Assembly (NCBI GenBank): GCA_044892505.1
Contig: CM097882.1
Span: 335,296,001 to 335,342,821 of the forward strand
Source: Schmidtea nova
Taxonomy: Eukaryota
DNA: 46,821 nt
Direction of reading: 5' to 3'
Shown here in pieces: positions 1 through 11,989 of this stretch; position 1 is the first letter of the stretch; every line of letters starts with the position of its first letter. A program made the position numbers and the translations under genes. The notes below the pieces were generated by a model that saw only the letters and a program-made list of their open reading frames with translations, made no database searches and was not told the origin of the DNA.

Positions 1-240
1 AAATATTATATTAATAAGGTATTGCTTTTTTAACTGAAAATAAATTAGACTTTTCATAACTAAATTGACGAATGCAGGGCTATTATTGGTTTTGTGAGAC
101 TGTTTATGCCAGACTAAAAATTGCAAAATTCATGACCAATTACAATTTTTACTGACTAAATTTATTAATTCCTGACTATTTATTATTTAACTAGTGTTTA
201 AAAAGACAAATGTCTCAATTATGTCTTCATAACTGATGCA

Positions 241-279
241 AAAACTTTATGCCTAATAGTTTATTAGGCATAAAGTTTT
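241..279. repeat. Perfect 18-bp inverted repeat (hairpin/cruciform)
   Basis: aaaactttatgcctaata-gtt-tattaggcataaagtttt read directly from the sequence. Confidence 0.9.
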
Positions 280-356
280 CTAAGTAATTATAATTACGTT
301 AAATAGAAAAAGACTTTATGCATTTTGAATTGTATTTTACCAACGCAAATAAACTT

Positions 357-400
357 AAAGTTTTTTTCTGTAACGGAATTCCCTTACAGAAAAAAACTTT
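357..400. repeat. Perfect 17-bp inverted repeat
   Basis: aaagtttttttctgtaa-cggaattccc-ttacagaaaaaaacttt. Confidence 0.9.
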
Positions 401-1056
401 CGAGTACTCGACAAACTAACCTCTGATAAAAATATGGAGGCTTGCATAGCGTGTTTTTTTCCATAAATTTGAACTGGTCCAATAATAATGTAGGAAGGCT
501 TTTTTATGAATGTGTTTTTATTTATTTATTGACTTTTCAATTTGAAACCATCGCAAATATTTTTTGATCAATCAAAATGATTTTAATCGGTTCACGAATA
601 CAACAGTGCCACATAATATGTTTATTTTTTAACTTATTATTTTAATTTAGTAAATTGTTCATTTGTTTTAAAAATGAGCATTTTTATTACAATAGCATTT
701 TGTAGTGAATTTTTTTTAGTTTCTTTAAACTCGTGCATTTATTTTGTAAAAAATGTTTTTCAATGAATGTTGTACAAATTAAAACAGTTTTTGTAACATT
801 TGTGAATTTCTTATCTAGACTGTCATATAATTGTAAGTCTAAAAAATATAAAAAATAAGACAAAATTCAAAATGTTATTTTGGCATGATTTTAAAATTAA
901 TTTGGATTTGGATCTTTAAAAATTAATCCCATTAACCAACATTATCTAGTTTGCGATGTGTAAGATTTTTTCATTTTATTGACCCGAATTTCAGAAACAT
1001 ACTTTTAAATTAAACAATAACAATAAATAATAATTTAATACTCAAATTGAAAAAAA

Positions 1057-1067
1057 TTGGCAACCTG
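1057..1067. mobile_element. Possible right TIR of a non-autonomous hAT-like element whose left end is outside the window
   Basis: ttggcaacctg is the reverse complement of CAGGTTGCCAA, a typical hAT terminus. No partner TIR or TSD is visible. Confidence 0.3.
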
Positions 1068-1492
1068 TTTTAATTTGCAGTCTTTCTTTCACATTGTTAT
1101 GATTGCGCATTCGAGTTCGAGTACGTAGTATCCAGTTGGCAAAAGTTCATGAAATTTTTATCACAATGCAAGAATTCACTTTTATTGGCAATTCCGATTG
1201 AAATTCATTTAAATAAATACTTCTACGTTAGTAACTTCGCTCTTCGCATTGAAATAGTAAGGATTTAATTTCTAAACATAGATTTGGGTAATTTAAATGA
1301 ATTAGATTCGATTTTATTTGCAGATTTTTGTTTTTGTTTGAAGACAACAAAAAACAGACGAAAATAAGTAGGCATTGGAAAGAAATAATCTCAGATAATT
1401 TTAGTTTTTTGGTAAGAATTTAAGAATCAATAATCAATATTTTATTTCTAATGGATAGTTTTATATTTATTTAATATCCAGAAACCCCTAAC

Positions 1493-3015
1493 ATGTCACA
1501 AAAAGTATTCAAAGAGTTCAGCACCGGTGCACGAGTAGATGAAAATTCTGTGTGGTTTTATTTTCTGCGTGATAAAGAAAATCAACTTGCAAAGTGTAAG
1601 AAATGCGGCAAAGAATTAAAAACTCATGGTGGCAGTACCAGTGGACTCCATACACATCTAAGAACAAACCATGAAATCGACTTGCGAAAGAGAAAATCGA
1701 CCCAGGACACAGCAGCGTCATCGGCTTCGTTGTCATCGGCAAAAAACCCAAACCTCTGATAACAGATTTCTTCTAAAATCAACATGACAAGTCGTTGCCT
1801 GCAGTTTTTTATAGAATGACCGCCCTTGACGGACTGCCCTTCAGCGTATTTTCCACATCAGTTGAACTGATAACATCGCTACAAGCTCGTGGGTTTGTTG
1901 TTCCGAAATCGGAGACGACAATTCGAAATATGGTAGTCAAATACGCAAACACAATCAAAGAGACGGTCATATCCAAGTTCTCTCGTCTCCGATCGCAAGA
2001 GATGCGATTCAGTTTGGCATTTGATGAGTGGACGTCAAGAAAAAATCGCAGATATTTAAATGTAAACGTTCACATTGAGGACGAATTTTGGAGCCTTGGA
2101 TTAGCTAGAGTTGTTAGTTCACTGACTGCTGAAAAATGCATTGGGTTAGTTCAAAAAGTTTTGACGCAGTTTATGCTGAATTACGATGAAGACATTGTGT
2201 GCATTACTACTGATGGAGCTTCCCTAATGCATTAAGTGGGATGTTTAAGAAATTGTAATCAACAGTTATGCTTTATGCATGGTATTCAACTGGGTGTGCA
2301 AGAAACCGTCAATTTCATGCAAAGCAATCTTGAAAGGAATCTTCAATGACGAGAATAGCAGTGAAAGTGACGATGATACGACCACTGACGATGACGCAAA
2401 CATATCCAATGATGATGAAGAAGACTTTTCTGACAGGTTTCAAGTTGTTATGAGTGAGAAGGACGAAACTATTGAACTGACTGATGATTTGCAGCCGTTA
2501 ATCGCTAAGGTGCGTACCGTTGTAAAATTGTTTCGCTGTTCTCCGACAAAAAATGATAAAACGCTCGAAAAGTACACAGTAGACGAATTTGGTAAAGCAT
2601 TTTCACTAATACTCGACTCCAAAACTCGTTGGAGTAGCTTGCACACAATGCTCGAACATCTCATGAAATTGAAAAATTGCATTCGGAAGTCACTGATTGA
2701 CCTTGACTCTAAAATTAAGATAACTGATAAGGAGTTTGACACAATTTCATCTGTTGTGGCATGTCTCGCGCCAGTGAAACTAGCCGTGGATGCAACACTG
2801 TTGTCAGCCGATACAACACTTTTGTTTATGGTAAATAACCTTGGAGACACGGAATTAGCTGAGTTGGTGCGACGAATAAATGAGCGACGGACAAATTTTT
2901 CTAGCTTACTGCACTATCTACACAACGGCCATCAACGATATGAGAATTTAGATCCAGCGCTGTCATTTGAGCACCTTAGCAAATCAGTCATTGTAAACGC
3001 CATAGTTCGACTGAA
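1493..3015 (+). pseudogene. Decayed BED-finger hAT transposase, 3'-truncated
   Basis: BED finger (VWFYF..CKKC..H...H), FDEWTS (first catalytic D), ITTDGAS (second D), QQLCFMH (CxxH) and KTRWSS. Broken by frameshifts and stops near 1750, 1775, 2233 and 2310. The catalytic E/dimerisation domain is missing because the frame runs into ORF-Y at about 3016. Confidence 0.9.
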
Positions 3016-3478
3016 TGAGCGGTTTAGTCCAGCGCAAATGAAAGAGCAGATAACAGAGACTCAACGAGCCCAGAGAGCGGGTGAAGAATATCGATTAGAG
3101 CTCGAAGCTACCAAAATCGAATTACGGAAATGCTTGCGTTCCTTCACCACCGATTTCATTGAAACTGAATTAAAAAGTCTAATCCGACCAGTCACCTATC
3201 AATACTGGTCGCCGGGAAAATGTTCAGGATGTTCGGTAGGAACCGATACCGATGGGTTATCTCGAACCACAGAAGTCACAACAATACCAACCCCGACCAT
3301 GAAAATAGTTACAACAACCGAAAACAATAAGAAAAAGAAGAAAAATAAAATGGGTTCACGGCAAAGGAGATCGAATAAAGTAATTAATCCAGTCGATGAT
3401 ATGTCTGAGATAGCAGAAATAGATTTGTCTATGGAATTTGTACCTATAGATGACGATTTCCTGAAATTCTTCGAATAA
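3016..3478 (+). CDS. ORF-Y copy A (unknown coiled-coil/NLS/acidic-tail protein), fused in frame to the hAT remnant
   Basis: FSPAQMKEQ..LELEATKIELRKCLRSFTTDFIETELKSLIRPVTYQYWSP aligns by eye with copies at 10253, 21410 and 37158. AATAAA at 3474-3479 overlaps the stop. Confidence 0.6.
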
Positions 3479-3794
3479 ATCTCGATATATATAATTAACT
3501 GATATTTAAAAAATGGCGTTTGTGAAAATATAGTTTTATTCTCTATATTTATTTCTTATTTTTTTGTGTAATATAAAGTAAAATAATTAATAGATTCAAA
3601 CTTGTTTTATAAAGTATAAAATATTCTCGTAACAAGGTATACAAAATTAATAATAATTAAAAATTTAAGGAACATTAGGAGTATAAAGCAAAATATATAT
3701 TAATGATACGTTTTGCCTGTTGATATTGTAAGGGGCAGTAGGGATAAAATGAAAGATAATGCTTTCAATGAAGTAAAGTGAAATTAAAGCGTAA

Positions 3795-3928
3795 GTCCTT
3801 CTATCGGCAGCAAGGAACCCGCGAACATAAATGGGGAGTAGTTCTAGAAATAGAGCTCACTTGCCCATCATTGTTCAAACACCTTGCACATTTCCAACTC
3901 GACTATCCAGGGAAATATTCGAGGGTGC
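3795..3928 (+). ncRNA. Conserved two-hairpin structured element, copy A
   Basis: CCTTCTATCGG..GAACCC, then hairpin 1 (GGGGAGTAGTTCT/AGAGCTCACTTGCCC), then hairpin 2 (GCAC-ATTT-CC-AAC-TCGA..TCGA-GG-GTGC). The unit ends ..aaacccagca at 4012. Confidence 0.6.
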
Positions 3929-4013
3929 TTGTGTGTAGCGTAAGCATTTTATGCATGGGTATGGATAGAGGCGTCCCTAGAATGTTTTAATTTAACCCGT
4001 CCAAACCCAGCAT

Positions 4014-4130
4014 AATAAAATTTTTGATTTATAATCTTTACATTCCAATATAATAAAAAATTTTAATTTATAATTTTACATTCTAATATAAGTTTTGATT
4101 TATAATTTTTACATTCTAGGAAAATTTTAA
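4014..4130. repeat. AT-rich minisatellite, about 3 imperfect ~37-bp units
   Basis: Recurrent ttt(g/a)atttataat(t/c)tttacatt(c)(c/t)aata. Confidence 0.6.
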
Positions 4131-4499
4131 TTTAAAATTTTAATATTTTAATTTTCACGTAATATATTATCTATAAAAGTAAATTTTAATTTTTATAACC
4201 AAATCTGAAAATATTATAAGAATTATACCATAATAAAATTTTTATTCACGAATTTTGCAAACTAAATAATTCAATCTAAAAAATTTTAAATATTAAATTA
4301 TCTTCAAAAATAAAATATAAATTTTTAGAAAATTAATTCCCATCTATGGGTTTCTAAAAATAAGGCATATAAAATTCTAGCCGGTTCTTTTGGCGATCTC
4401 TAATATTCAAAATTCTACATGCAGTTTTTAGAAGTGTTTATCAATGAGGTTCATGATTTAGAGTAAAATTCACGAAATACTATCGAACATAATCATTTT

Positions 4500-5000
4500 C
4501 ACCGCTCTTCGAGTAATCATTTACGAGCTTTTATACGTTTGACTTTTCGACCGATTTTTCGAGTTCTTTCGTAGTGAAGTAGAGATGACGTTTATTGAGC
4601 GAAGGCGATTGACGAGACGAATGAATATTTCCTATTCATTTTTATTATGTTCGCATCTTTATGTAGTTATCAGAATCATACCATTTGATGTAAATAAATA
4701 TAAATACGATACTATAAATAAAATATTCATTTGTGTCATTGAATACCATATCGCATTTCAAAAAAATGTAATAGGATTCTAGACGTTAATTATTTTGAAC
4801 AGACCTTGCGCTTGGCCAATCCACTACTCCTAATATATCCAGGTATGAGATGAAGCGTTTTTGGATGTATTTGCTCACTTCGATGAAAAAATGGATCAGA
4901 ACGCTGAAAGGACTCCAGCGAAATAATGATTCACCAAAGTGGCTAATGACGGTACAACGACTAAACAAATTGAGAAATGAGCATTAACAAGAAAAAGCAC
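4500..5000 (-). pseudogene. Decayed pair of overlapping unknown ORFs (a/b), copy 1
   Basis: Homologous to 30130-30510. Frame b SDPFFH..HPKTLHLIPGYIRSSGLAKRKV matches HPNSLHLIPDYMRSSG*AKCKV with several third-position changes. Frame a ends PSLATLVNHYFAGVLSAF*, matching PSLVT*VNHQLAGVCSAF*. Confidence 0.55.
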
Positions 5001-5253
5001 AATTAAAACAAAAATAAAAAAATGAAAAAGCGAGAAAAATGACAAAGATGTGAAATTTGAGTAAAAGTTAATAAATAAAAAGAATAAAAGAATAATTATG
5101 AAATTAATAAGAAAAATAATAAAATAATAATGAATAAAACCTAGGATAATAAAATAAATTATTAGGAAAATCGAGCTTTTAACCAATAAAAAGGTTACTC
5201 GATTCTGATTGGCTGCCTGAACGTCGATTTTACTATAAGGAAGCGCTCAGGTC

Positions 5254-7871
5254 CAGCGCCGGCTCTAGCGGTACTATCACCCCGATGCAAGTTTCTGTTT
5301 AGCGCCCTGAATAAAAAAATATATCAACAAACTCAAATACAAATTAAACTATATTGATTATTGTATATTATTTGAAATTAAACATTTATTTGTTATCAAT
5401 TGTAATTAACAGATATCAATTATGCATAAAATAAATTGCACGATGAATTCAAAATTTTATTTTTCTTGCTTTTATCGAAGCAAATTCATCCAAAATATCA
5501 TTAATTTTTATTTCTTCGCAGATATCGCTTTCAATTGCAATCATTGCCAACCCAACTAATTTCTCTTGAGAAATACTTGATCGCAAATATGTCTTAATTA
5601 GTTTAAGTCTAGAAAATGATCTTTCGCCACTTGCGACAGAAACTGGTAGAGTTAATAGTATCCGCAAAGATATTGTTAAATTTGGAAATATCCCAAATAA
5701 ATCATTTGTATATATATACTGTAAATTATTTAAGGGATCATAATTGTTTAGTAGCGTTATTGTATCTTTAAATATAAACAGTTCATTATATAACTCCGAA
5801 GAATTTATGTCTATTTCTTCACCATCAGTTAATACAGTTTGTAAATCGGTACATTTAATTTTCATTACTTCATCACCCAAATTATAAATTTCATTAAAAT
5901 TTATAAGAAATTGAAACTTTTCAGCATGACTATTCAGAAGTTCGAATCTCTCTATTAAGGAGTTAATTGCACTGTCCACAATTGGAAGAAAGAATGAAAT
6001 TTTATAGTTCTGTTCCGGGTCTCTCGGCCTCTCATCACTACATTCGTAATTAAACATACGTTTTTTACGCCGTCGTAGTGGATTTTCTTTAAATTGAGGA
6101 CAAATATCTACATCTTCTGCCAAGGTTACAGCTTTTTTTATTATATTGTTAAAATTGTCATCTAAGTGGAATTCTTTAAAAAAAGTTATTAAATTATTTA
6201 AATATTTTGTTGATTCATTTAGGTTGGTACTTGAAGATTGGAACATTTTGCTCACAACATTAATTCTGCTTAAAATCTCGTACCAAATTATTAGCGAACA
6301 AATAAATTCGTAGTCAAGCATCATTGCTAAAGATTTAGCTTCAGATTTTGTATTATTGTCATTATTTTCATTATCGTATATGGCAAGTAAAGCATCTAAA
6401 TAATCTCCAATATTGTTTCTTAATGGGCTAAGTGCTTCAATTCTTGATTCCCACCGAGTATCCGATAAAGGTTTGAGCGTAATTTTACTAAATTGTTTTA
6501 ACACATCCCAACGTTTTGTTGAAGCACTGAAAAAATTGTAAAGTTCTTGTATAATACCAAAAAAAATTATAGTTTCTGTATTAACTTTCGCCGCATCACT
6601 GACCACTAAATTCAAGGTGTGAGTCGCACATGGAACAAAGAATGCTCGTGGATTCTCATTCAAAATACGTCTTTGAACACCGCTATGCTTACCGCGCATA
6701 TTAGCACCATTATCATATCCCTGTCCACGTAAATGTTTTATATTTAAATCTAATTCTTTTAGTTTTTCAACTATGCATCTGAGCAAACCTTAGCCAGTAG
6801 AATCATTTATTTCTACGAAACCCAAGAAATGTTCTTCTACGGTAATCTGGTTGCTTTCATTTTTGTGGACAAATCTGACAATTACAGTCGTTTGTTCAGT
6901 GTGACTTATGTCGGGAGTACAATCCAATATTATGGAAAAATATTTGGCATTACTTACCCTCTGGATAATAGCATTCACACATTTTTTTGAAATTAAAGAT
7001 ATTATTTCATTTTGGATATTTTTTCCTAAATAATGAACGGTTTCTTTTTGTATGTTCTGAATTTTCGCGAGATGAGTTTCCATTACAATATCAAATTTAG
7101 AAAATAGTTCAACTAATTTTAAAAAATTACCATTGTTTTTCTGAAAAATTATATCTGACGAGCCGCGAAGAGCTAAATTTTGTTTAGCGAGATATTTTAT
7201 TATTTCAACAATTCTTTCTAACACACTACGCCAATGTCGTTTTTCCCTTTCATATACCTTTTCAAGTTCACTATCTATTGTGGTATGTTTCTCCAACTGT
7301 TTTTTTAGTTGAACCCATTTTATAAACGATGTTAAATGTGATCTACTTACTTCATGGAAACTTAATGTCTTTGATAAATTTTGCCAATTTGAGAAACCAT
7401 CTGTTGTTAAATGACTTTTTTCACCTGCAAATAATTTGCAACAAGAACAGAATACGCAGTTTTTAGAAGATGAATATTTGAGCCACGTTCGTGAAACAGT
7501 TTCATTATTTGCTATCTTACGATAATAATAATTATTACTAAAACTACGACCAGAATCATCTCGTGGATATAATTTATTTTTTATCTGTACCATCGCACCT
7601 TGCTCAATAATAACTTTTCGTATTTTGTCATTAATAATTTCCGGCCAAGTGGCTGGATCATTTGAATTAAATGAACTAAAATCTTCACTTGCTGTTTCGC
7701 TTACTTGCACTGTATTTTCTGTTTGTTGTGGTGAAGATAAATTATATTCAGAAGTTGACATGTTTTCTTAAAAATTGAAAAAAGTGGATAATCACTTTTC
7801 GATTTCAGCGCCCTTTTAGAGTGGCGCCCCGATGCCGTGCATCTTCTGCTTCCACTGTTGAGCCGGACCTG
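5254..7871 (-). mobile_element. Full-length hAT transposon (ZMYM1-like/DUF4371-type transposase), 2618 bp
   Basis: TIRs cagcgccggctc / gagccggacctg. Perfect 8-bp TSD ctcaggtc at 5246-5253 and 7872-7879. Confidence 0.95.
5449..7761 (-). pseudogene. hAT transposase split by one in-frame TAA (6790-6792)
   Basis: The 323-aa and 445-aa ORFs are in the same frame (..DSTG*GLLRCIVEKL). Motifs IILDCTPD, GQGYDNGANM, VPCATHTLNL, SDTRWESR and VASGERSFSRLK are all present. Confidence 0.93.
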
Positions 7872-8109
7872 CTCAGGTCAGTCAATTTATTGTCATTTAC
7901 ACCCATAGAAAAGGTCAATTTTCACTACAAATCACTGTTATTCATACTAAACATATTTCGGAAAACATCAACAACACTCGTAGGAAGACTTAGCTGAAAT
8001 TTGTGACCAATCTGAACGGAACAACTCTGTAAGTAGTTTGTTATAATAAATAAAAATTTTATAATCTAATCACGTTTCGTTTTGCCTATGATTATTTGAA
8101 TATATATAA

Positions 8110-8460
8110 TGCGAGAGTTTGGCGATCCCGTTGATTGTCATCTCTCCGGGTGATCTCTTTTTGTTTCGTGCCTCGGCACGGGGCATAAGATAGGTTGCTC
8201 CGTAAAGACCTTTTATTGCATTGGTAGTAGATAGAGAGTGAATGTCGAAAGGCGGTAGTAAGGCTCCAAATGCTTAAATTCATTATTGATGATATACAAT
8301 GACGAATGCCGAAAGAGTTAAATCACAAGTTCTAATGATATCAATGGCGATCGCGACCATTGCGGATTTTTGATAAGATGAGAACCTGTGAGACAGGAAC
8401 TAGATTGTGAAATTCCTGGTTCACGAATTCAACCCTAAATTAACAAAACTTGCGTAGAAA
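8110..8460 (-). pseudogene. Decayed unknown coding segment (c), copy 1
   Basis: Patchy homology to 32040-32420: gagaacc..ttcacg..ttcaaccc blocks, and NKKRSPGEM vs IENRPGEK on the minus strand. Confidence 0.35.
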
Positions 8461-9366
8461 GAATGCGCGACTAAATGAGAATTGTCCAGTGGGCGAGCGT
8501 TACCCACGATTCCCAGAACCGATTAGGTAAACCTCTATCGACTGAATTCAAATTTTCGTTGAATATCGATTGATTATTCCACCATAACAAGTGTAATATT
8601 TTTCTCAGTATTTGTTCAGGAAGGAATCGAATTTTTCTAAATTAACCAAACCCAACCCATTTGCTTCCCGCTATCAAAAATCCACACCAAAATTATGTAC
8701 ATAGATTACATAATTCAAATGACGGTGAGCGACGATTTCAGTAACAATTCCAACATGCATTGAATATGCGTAACCAGTCGTAGGGAGTAGATTACAACTC
8801 GTCAGATAAACATGCAGAAATCAAGATAAGGGCTAGGGTGGAATTGCCATCGATTCCAAGCATCACGATTTGACTAACGATTAAAATGTAAAAGGGAGCT
8901 AATTACCGGAAGGGTAATTAGTAAGCACAGCCATTTTTTCAGCAATTAGGGGCGCGACATCGCAATTAGACCGTCAATCATACAAACCTAATTCGAGATA
9001 ATTACCGATTTGCAGACAAGGATGACAATTGGCCATAGACCGATGATAATTAAATTCGCAAATTAAAATATAATTAGACAGAACTAAATATCATGGCACC
9101 CAAATATTAATAATGAAAGACAAATTGGGAAATTCGGGAACTCCGGGCTAATAAATTATCCACGCGTGATTTTCATAAAACGATGGTAAACGGAACATCC
9201 ATAAATATTATATCGCTAAAAGGTTCTAAGTGGGTAGCGGAGGTGCGCGACGGAAGCATGTGGTTGTTGCAATATATATATCCAAGTATGTATAACATTT
9301 AAATATGTAGATCCAGATCAAGCATGTTTCACCGGACTACAAATCACGGGCTCACGAGGAGAGTCG

Positions 9367-9786
9367 ATGGCGGTGAAAGATCGTACTGACGAGGCAAGGC
9401 AATATGATACGCATTTGATGATGCTCATGCCGCTCAAACCGATCCCAACTGAGTTGGCAAATGAGATACTCCAAGAGCACAAGGAAGAATTCGAGAGGAC
9501 TGGGATTGCCCCTCCGTTAAGTTTGTTCCGGGACAGTCCCTCGGACATTATTTGGCACGGCAGCAAGGAGTGGCCGATCGATGTGGATCGCCCTTACTGG
9601 CCCAACCAGGCGAGATATTTCGTAGAAACTCCCACCGAAATTCCCGGGAGGTTTCAAATATACTACCAAGGTGAGATTCCGCAGAAAGAGTTTCTGGGTA
9701 CGGGACGATTTGTGTTCGCACCCGCACCAACGCCAAGCCCGACAGACTCGCCGTTCAGTCCCTCGACGCTCAGCGAGGCCGATTGA
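9367..9786 (+). CDS. ORF-X, intact 139-aa unknown protein
   Basis: GC-rich open frame in an AT-rich background. The C-terminal YYQGEIPQKEFLGTGRFVFAPA has a diverged homolog at 22291-22396 (QYQGTIQTAEFLKTGRFVFNPA). Confidence 0.6.
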   Translation: MAVKDRTDEARQYDTHLMMLMPLKPIPTELANEILQEHKEEFERTGIAPPLSLFRDSPSDIIWHGSKEWPIDVDRPYWPNQARYFVETPTEIPGRFQIYYQGEIPQKEFLGTGRFVFAPAPTPSPTDSPFSPSTLSEAD

Positions 9787-10252
9787 AGTGATAGTGAGGT
9801 CGAAATCCTCGATGAATATTTTGAAATGTGAACTATCGAAGCGTCGTTGTAATTAATTATATGTTCCGTCGCGTTTCTTTGACTGCTTATTTTGAATTAA
9901 AACTTGGTGTAATTAAATAAAAATCACAACAATACAATGATAAATAAGTCGGTGAATAACCGAAAATAAATTCAGTAACAAAAATAGGGGCAACACAGTA
10001 GCGTTGTGCATGAATAGGAATTGTCGTAGCCAAGCAAAAGCATAGTAGAAGGAAAATGTCGTATGCAATACACCGGTACCAGTTATATAAACGTCCAGGA
10101 ACTAGGTAAAGGAGAGTAGCTACCACCCGAGAAGCACAAATAGGTAGAGTAAAACTCATAGGAACCGAGTAAGAGTCGTGTAGGAATCCCTCGCTTGGTG
10201 ATTAAAACTAAACTGATAATTACGAATATGTTTCTATCTTCCAGTAGGGACA

Positions 10253-10688
10253 ATGGCCACTACGGAAAAGACAATTGGACAGTTGAAGAGAAGAATCATG
10301 GACATTGAAAGTAGTTACTTCTCGCCGACGGAAATAAAGAAGGTAAAGGAAAACTTGATCAGGGCGACGCAAGTTATACAGGACCAGAGAAAGGAGATAG
10401 ACGCCTTGAAAATTGAAGAACTGCAGATCGTTCATCACAGAGAAGTTCATAACCGAAAATCTTCAAAGATTAATTCGTCCGATAACCTTGGAAAAGTGGT
10501 TTCCCACACCAGATCCATCGACGAGTACCGAAATAGAGACGACAAAAATGCAACCGACGAAGCGAAAACGAAGGAAATTGCATGCGCAACGCCGACAACA
10601 ATTGAAGTTGAGGATGGAGATCGACGCCAACAAATTGGTTATTGATGCAAACATTTCCAGAACGAATGACTCTAAATGCCAAGACTAA
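10253..10688 (+). pseudogene. ORF-Y copy B with one frameshift near 10413
   Basis: QLKRRIMDIESSYFSPTEIKK..DALKIE / LKNCRSFITEKFITENLQRLIRPITLEKWFP..KRKRRK. A pyrimidine-rich acceptor tttctatcttccag precedes the ATG. AATAAA at 10763-10768. Confidence 0.7.
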
Positions 10689-10932
10689 TTGTAATGTTAT
10701 GTGAACAAATATATGTATTTAAAAGAAATGTGTTGTTGTTGATTGGATGAGATCTAAGTTAAAATAAAGCAATAAGGCAAAGTAATCTTCAGTTTCATTG
10801 ACTTGTAAAACAGTAAGGAATAATGTAGTTAATAGGAATTATTAAAGTAGTAGGCCGAAGGGTAAGATATGAAATAGGAAGAGAACACCCAAAAAGAGAG
10901 ACCTAAACGCAGGGTGAGAAGAGTTATAACGA

Positions 10933-11072
10933 GACCTTCTATCGGTCAAGCTAGAACCCAAACGATGCGACAAGTCAGGAGTAGTTCTTGTAAAGGAGCT
11001 CACCTGCTGACTTGCGATCGGCTGTTATACACAGTTCCAACGTGAATGATTAGGGTAATTCACGGGTGTATG
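10933..11072 (+). ncRNA. Structured element, copy B
   Basis: GACCTTCTATCGGTC..GAACCC; CAAGTCAG..AGTTCT/GGAGCT..CTGACTTG; ATACAC-AGTT-CC-AAC-GTGAAT..ATTCAC-GG-GTGTAT. Confidence 0.65.
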
Positions 11073-11717
11073 AGCAGTTAAGTTTTTATGTGTGTCTTGG
11101 ACCCTAGAGAGCAAGGAAGAAAAATTTAGAAAGAGAAAGTCAGAAAGTCAATTCAGAGTTTGAATTTTGAACACAACGCACCAACAATTTGTTTGGAACG
11201 ACTCATGTGACACTGCTAATGATATGCGCTTATTCGCATTTGATGATTGACAATTTAGTCAATGGATTTTCAATGACAATTTCTAGAAAGTTATGTAATG
11301 ATATTATGACAAATATGTTTGGGTTTTTCGTCGGAAGTAGTCCACTAATTATATTTTATTCATTGGGTTTTGTTTATTTCTTCTCTCAAGCCTTGATTAA
11401 CTGGCCTGGATCAAACATGTATATGTAAATTAATTTTCTAATTTTCAAAAAAAAATAAATTACAAAATTTCTTAATATTTACAAAATTTTATAATTAACT
11501 AAATTAGAAATTTTATAAAGTTATACATTTATAAACTGATTTTTTACGATTATATAAAATAATAATTCCACTTTAATATTTATAAATTTTCCTAAAATAA
11601 TTCAATCCCGAATTTTATGAATTCGTACAATGGTCAAATTTTTCGATTTTATTATTTTCAATGTGGATCATAAGACATTTAAATGCATTTAAATTTTAAA
11701 TTTCATATGATTCGTAA

Positions 11718-11720
<3 letters not shown>

Positions 11721-11760
<40 letters not shown>
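11721..11760. repeat. (TA)n microsatellite
   Basis: Direct reading. Confidence 0.95.
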
Positions 11761-11763
<3 letters not shown>

Positions 11764-11989
11764 TAATCAAATTGTCTAAATGAAAAAAAATGAAATAAAT
11801 AAATCCAAATTATATAAAATTATACCAAATTTCAAATAAAAATCTGAAATTGTAATTTTTCCACAGAACTTCGAATCTATTGAACCAAAATTTTTGAAAA
11901 TTATAGCAGCTTCAGATTTAGGATCTTTATTCAATTAAATAATAGAGATTATTCACGTCTTTGAATTTGTTAATGTTTAAAGCTAAAAC

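Larger units (their letters stand above)
10194..11186 (+). mobile_element. LTR-like unit B (~1.0 kb) carrying ORF-Y and the structured element
   Basis: Degenerate start (gcttggtgattaa, compare tgttggttgtgattaa in unit C) and end ..gcaccaaca at 11186. Same length and layout as unit C. No TSD seen. Confidence 0.5.

Noticed and set aside
2440-2850. Antisense ORFs overlapping real coding remnants (also 21388-21729, 40708-40935, 44352-44798)
   Set aside because: Shadow frames of the transposase, ORF-Y, SLC33A1 and pol sequences.
4990-5186. Hydrophobic N-terminal part of the 96-aa minus ORF as a membrane protein
   Set aside because: It is the antisense of an A-rich low-complexity tract. Only the C-terminal ~25 codons have a homolog.
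8830-8856. Short inverted match (caattccaccc) to 34980-35005
   Set aside because: It is only about 11 bp of exact identity and its orientation conflicts with the colinear model. It may be chance.
10933-10960. ACC-TTCTATC-GGT resembles the P3/L3 of HDV-like ribozymes (ACC-UCCUCGC-GGU)
   Set aside because: I could not find P1 or P2 partner strands or a J4/2 C-containing strand. The spacing to GAACCC varies from 2 to 7 nt, so it is not a canonical HDV fold. Self-cleavage still merits a test.
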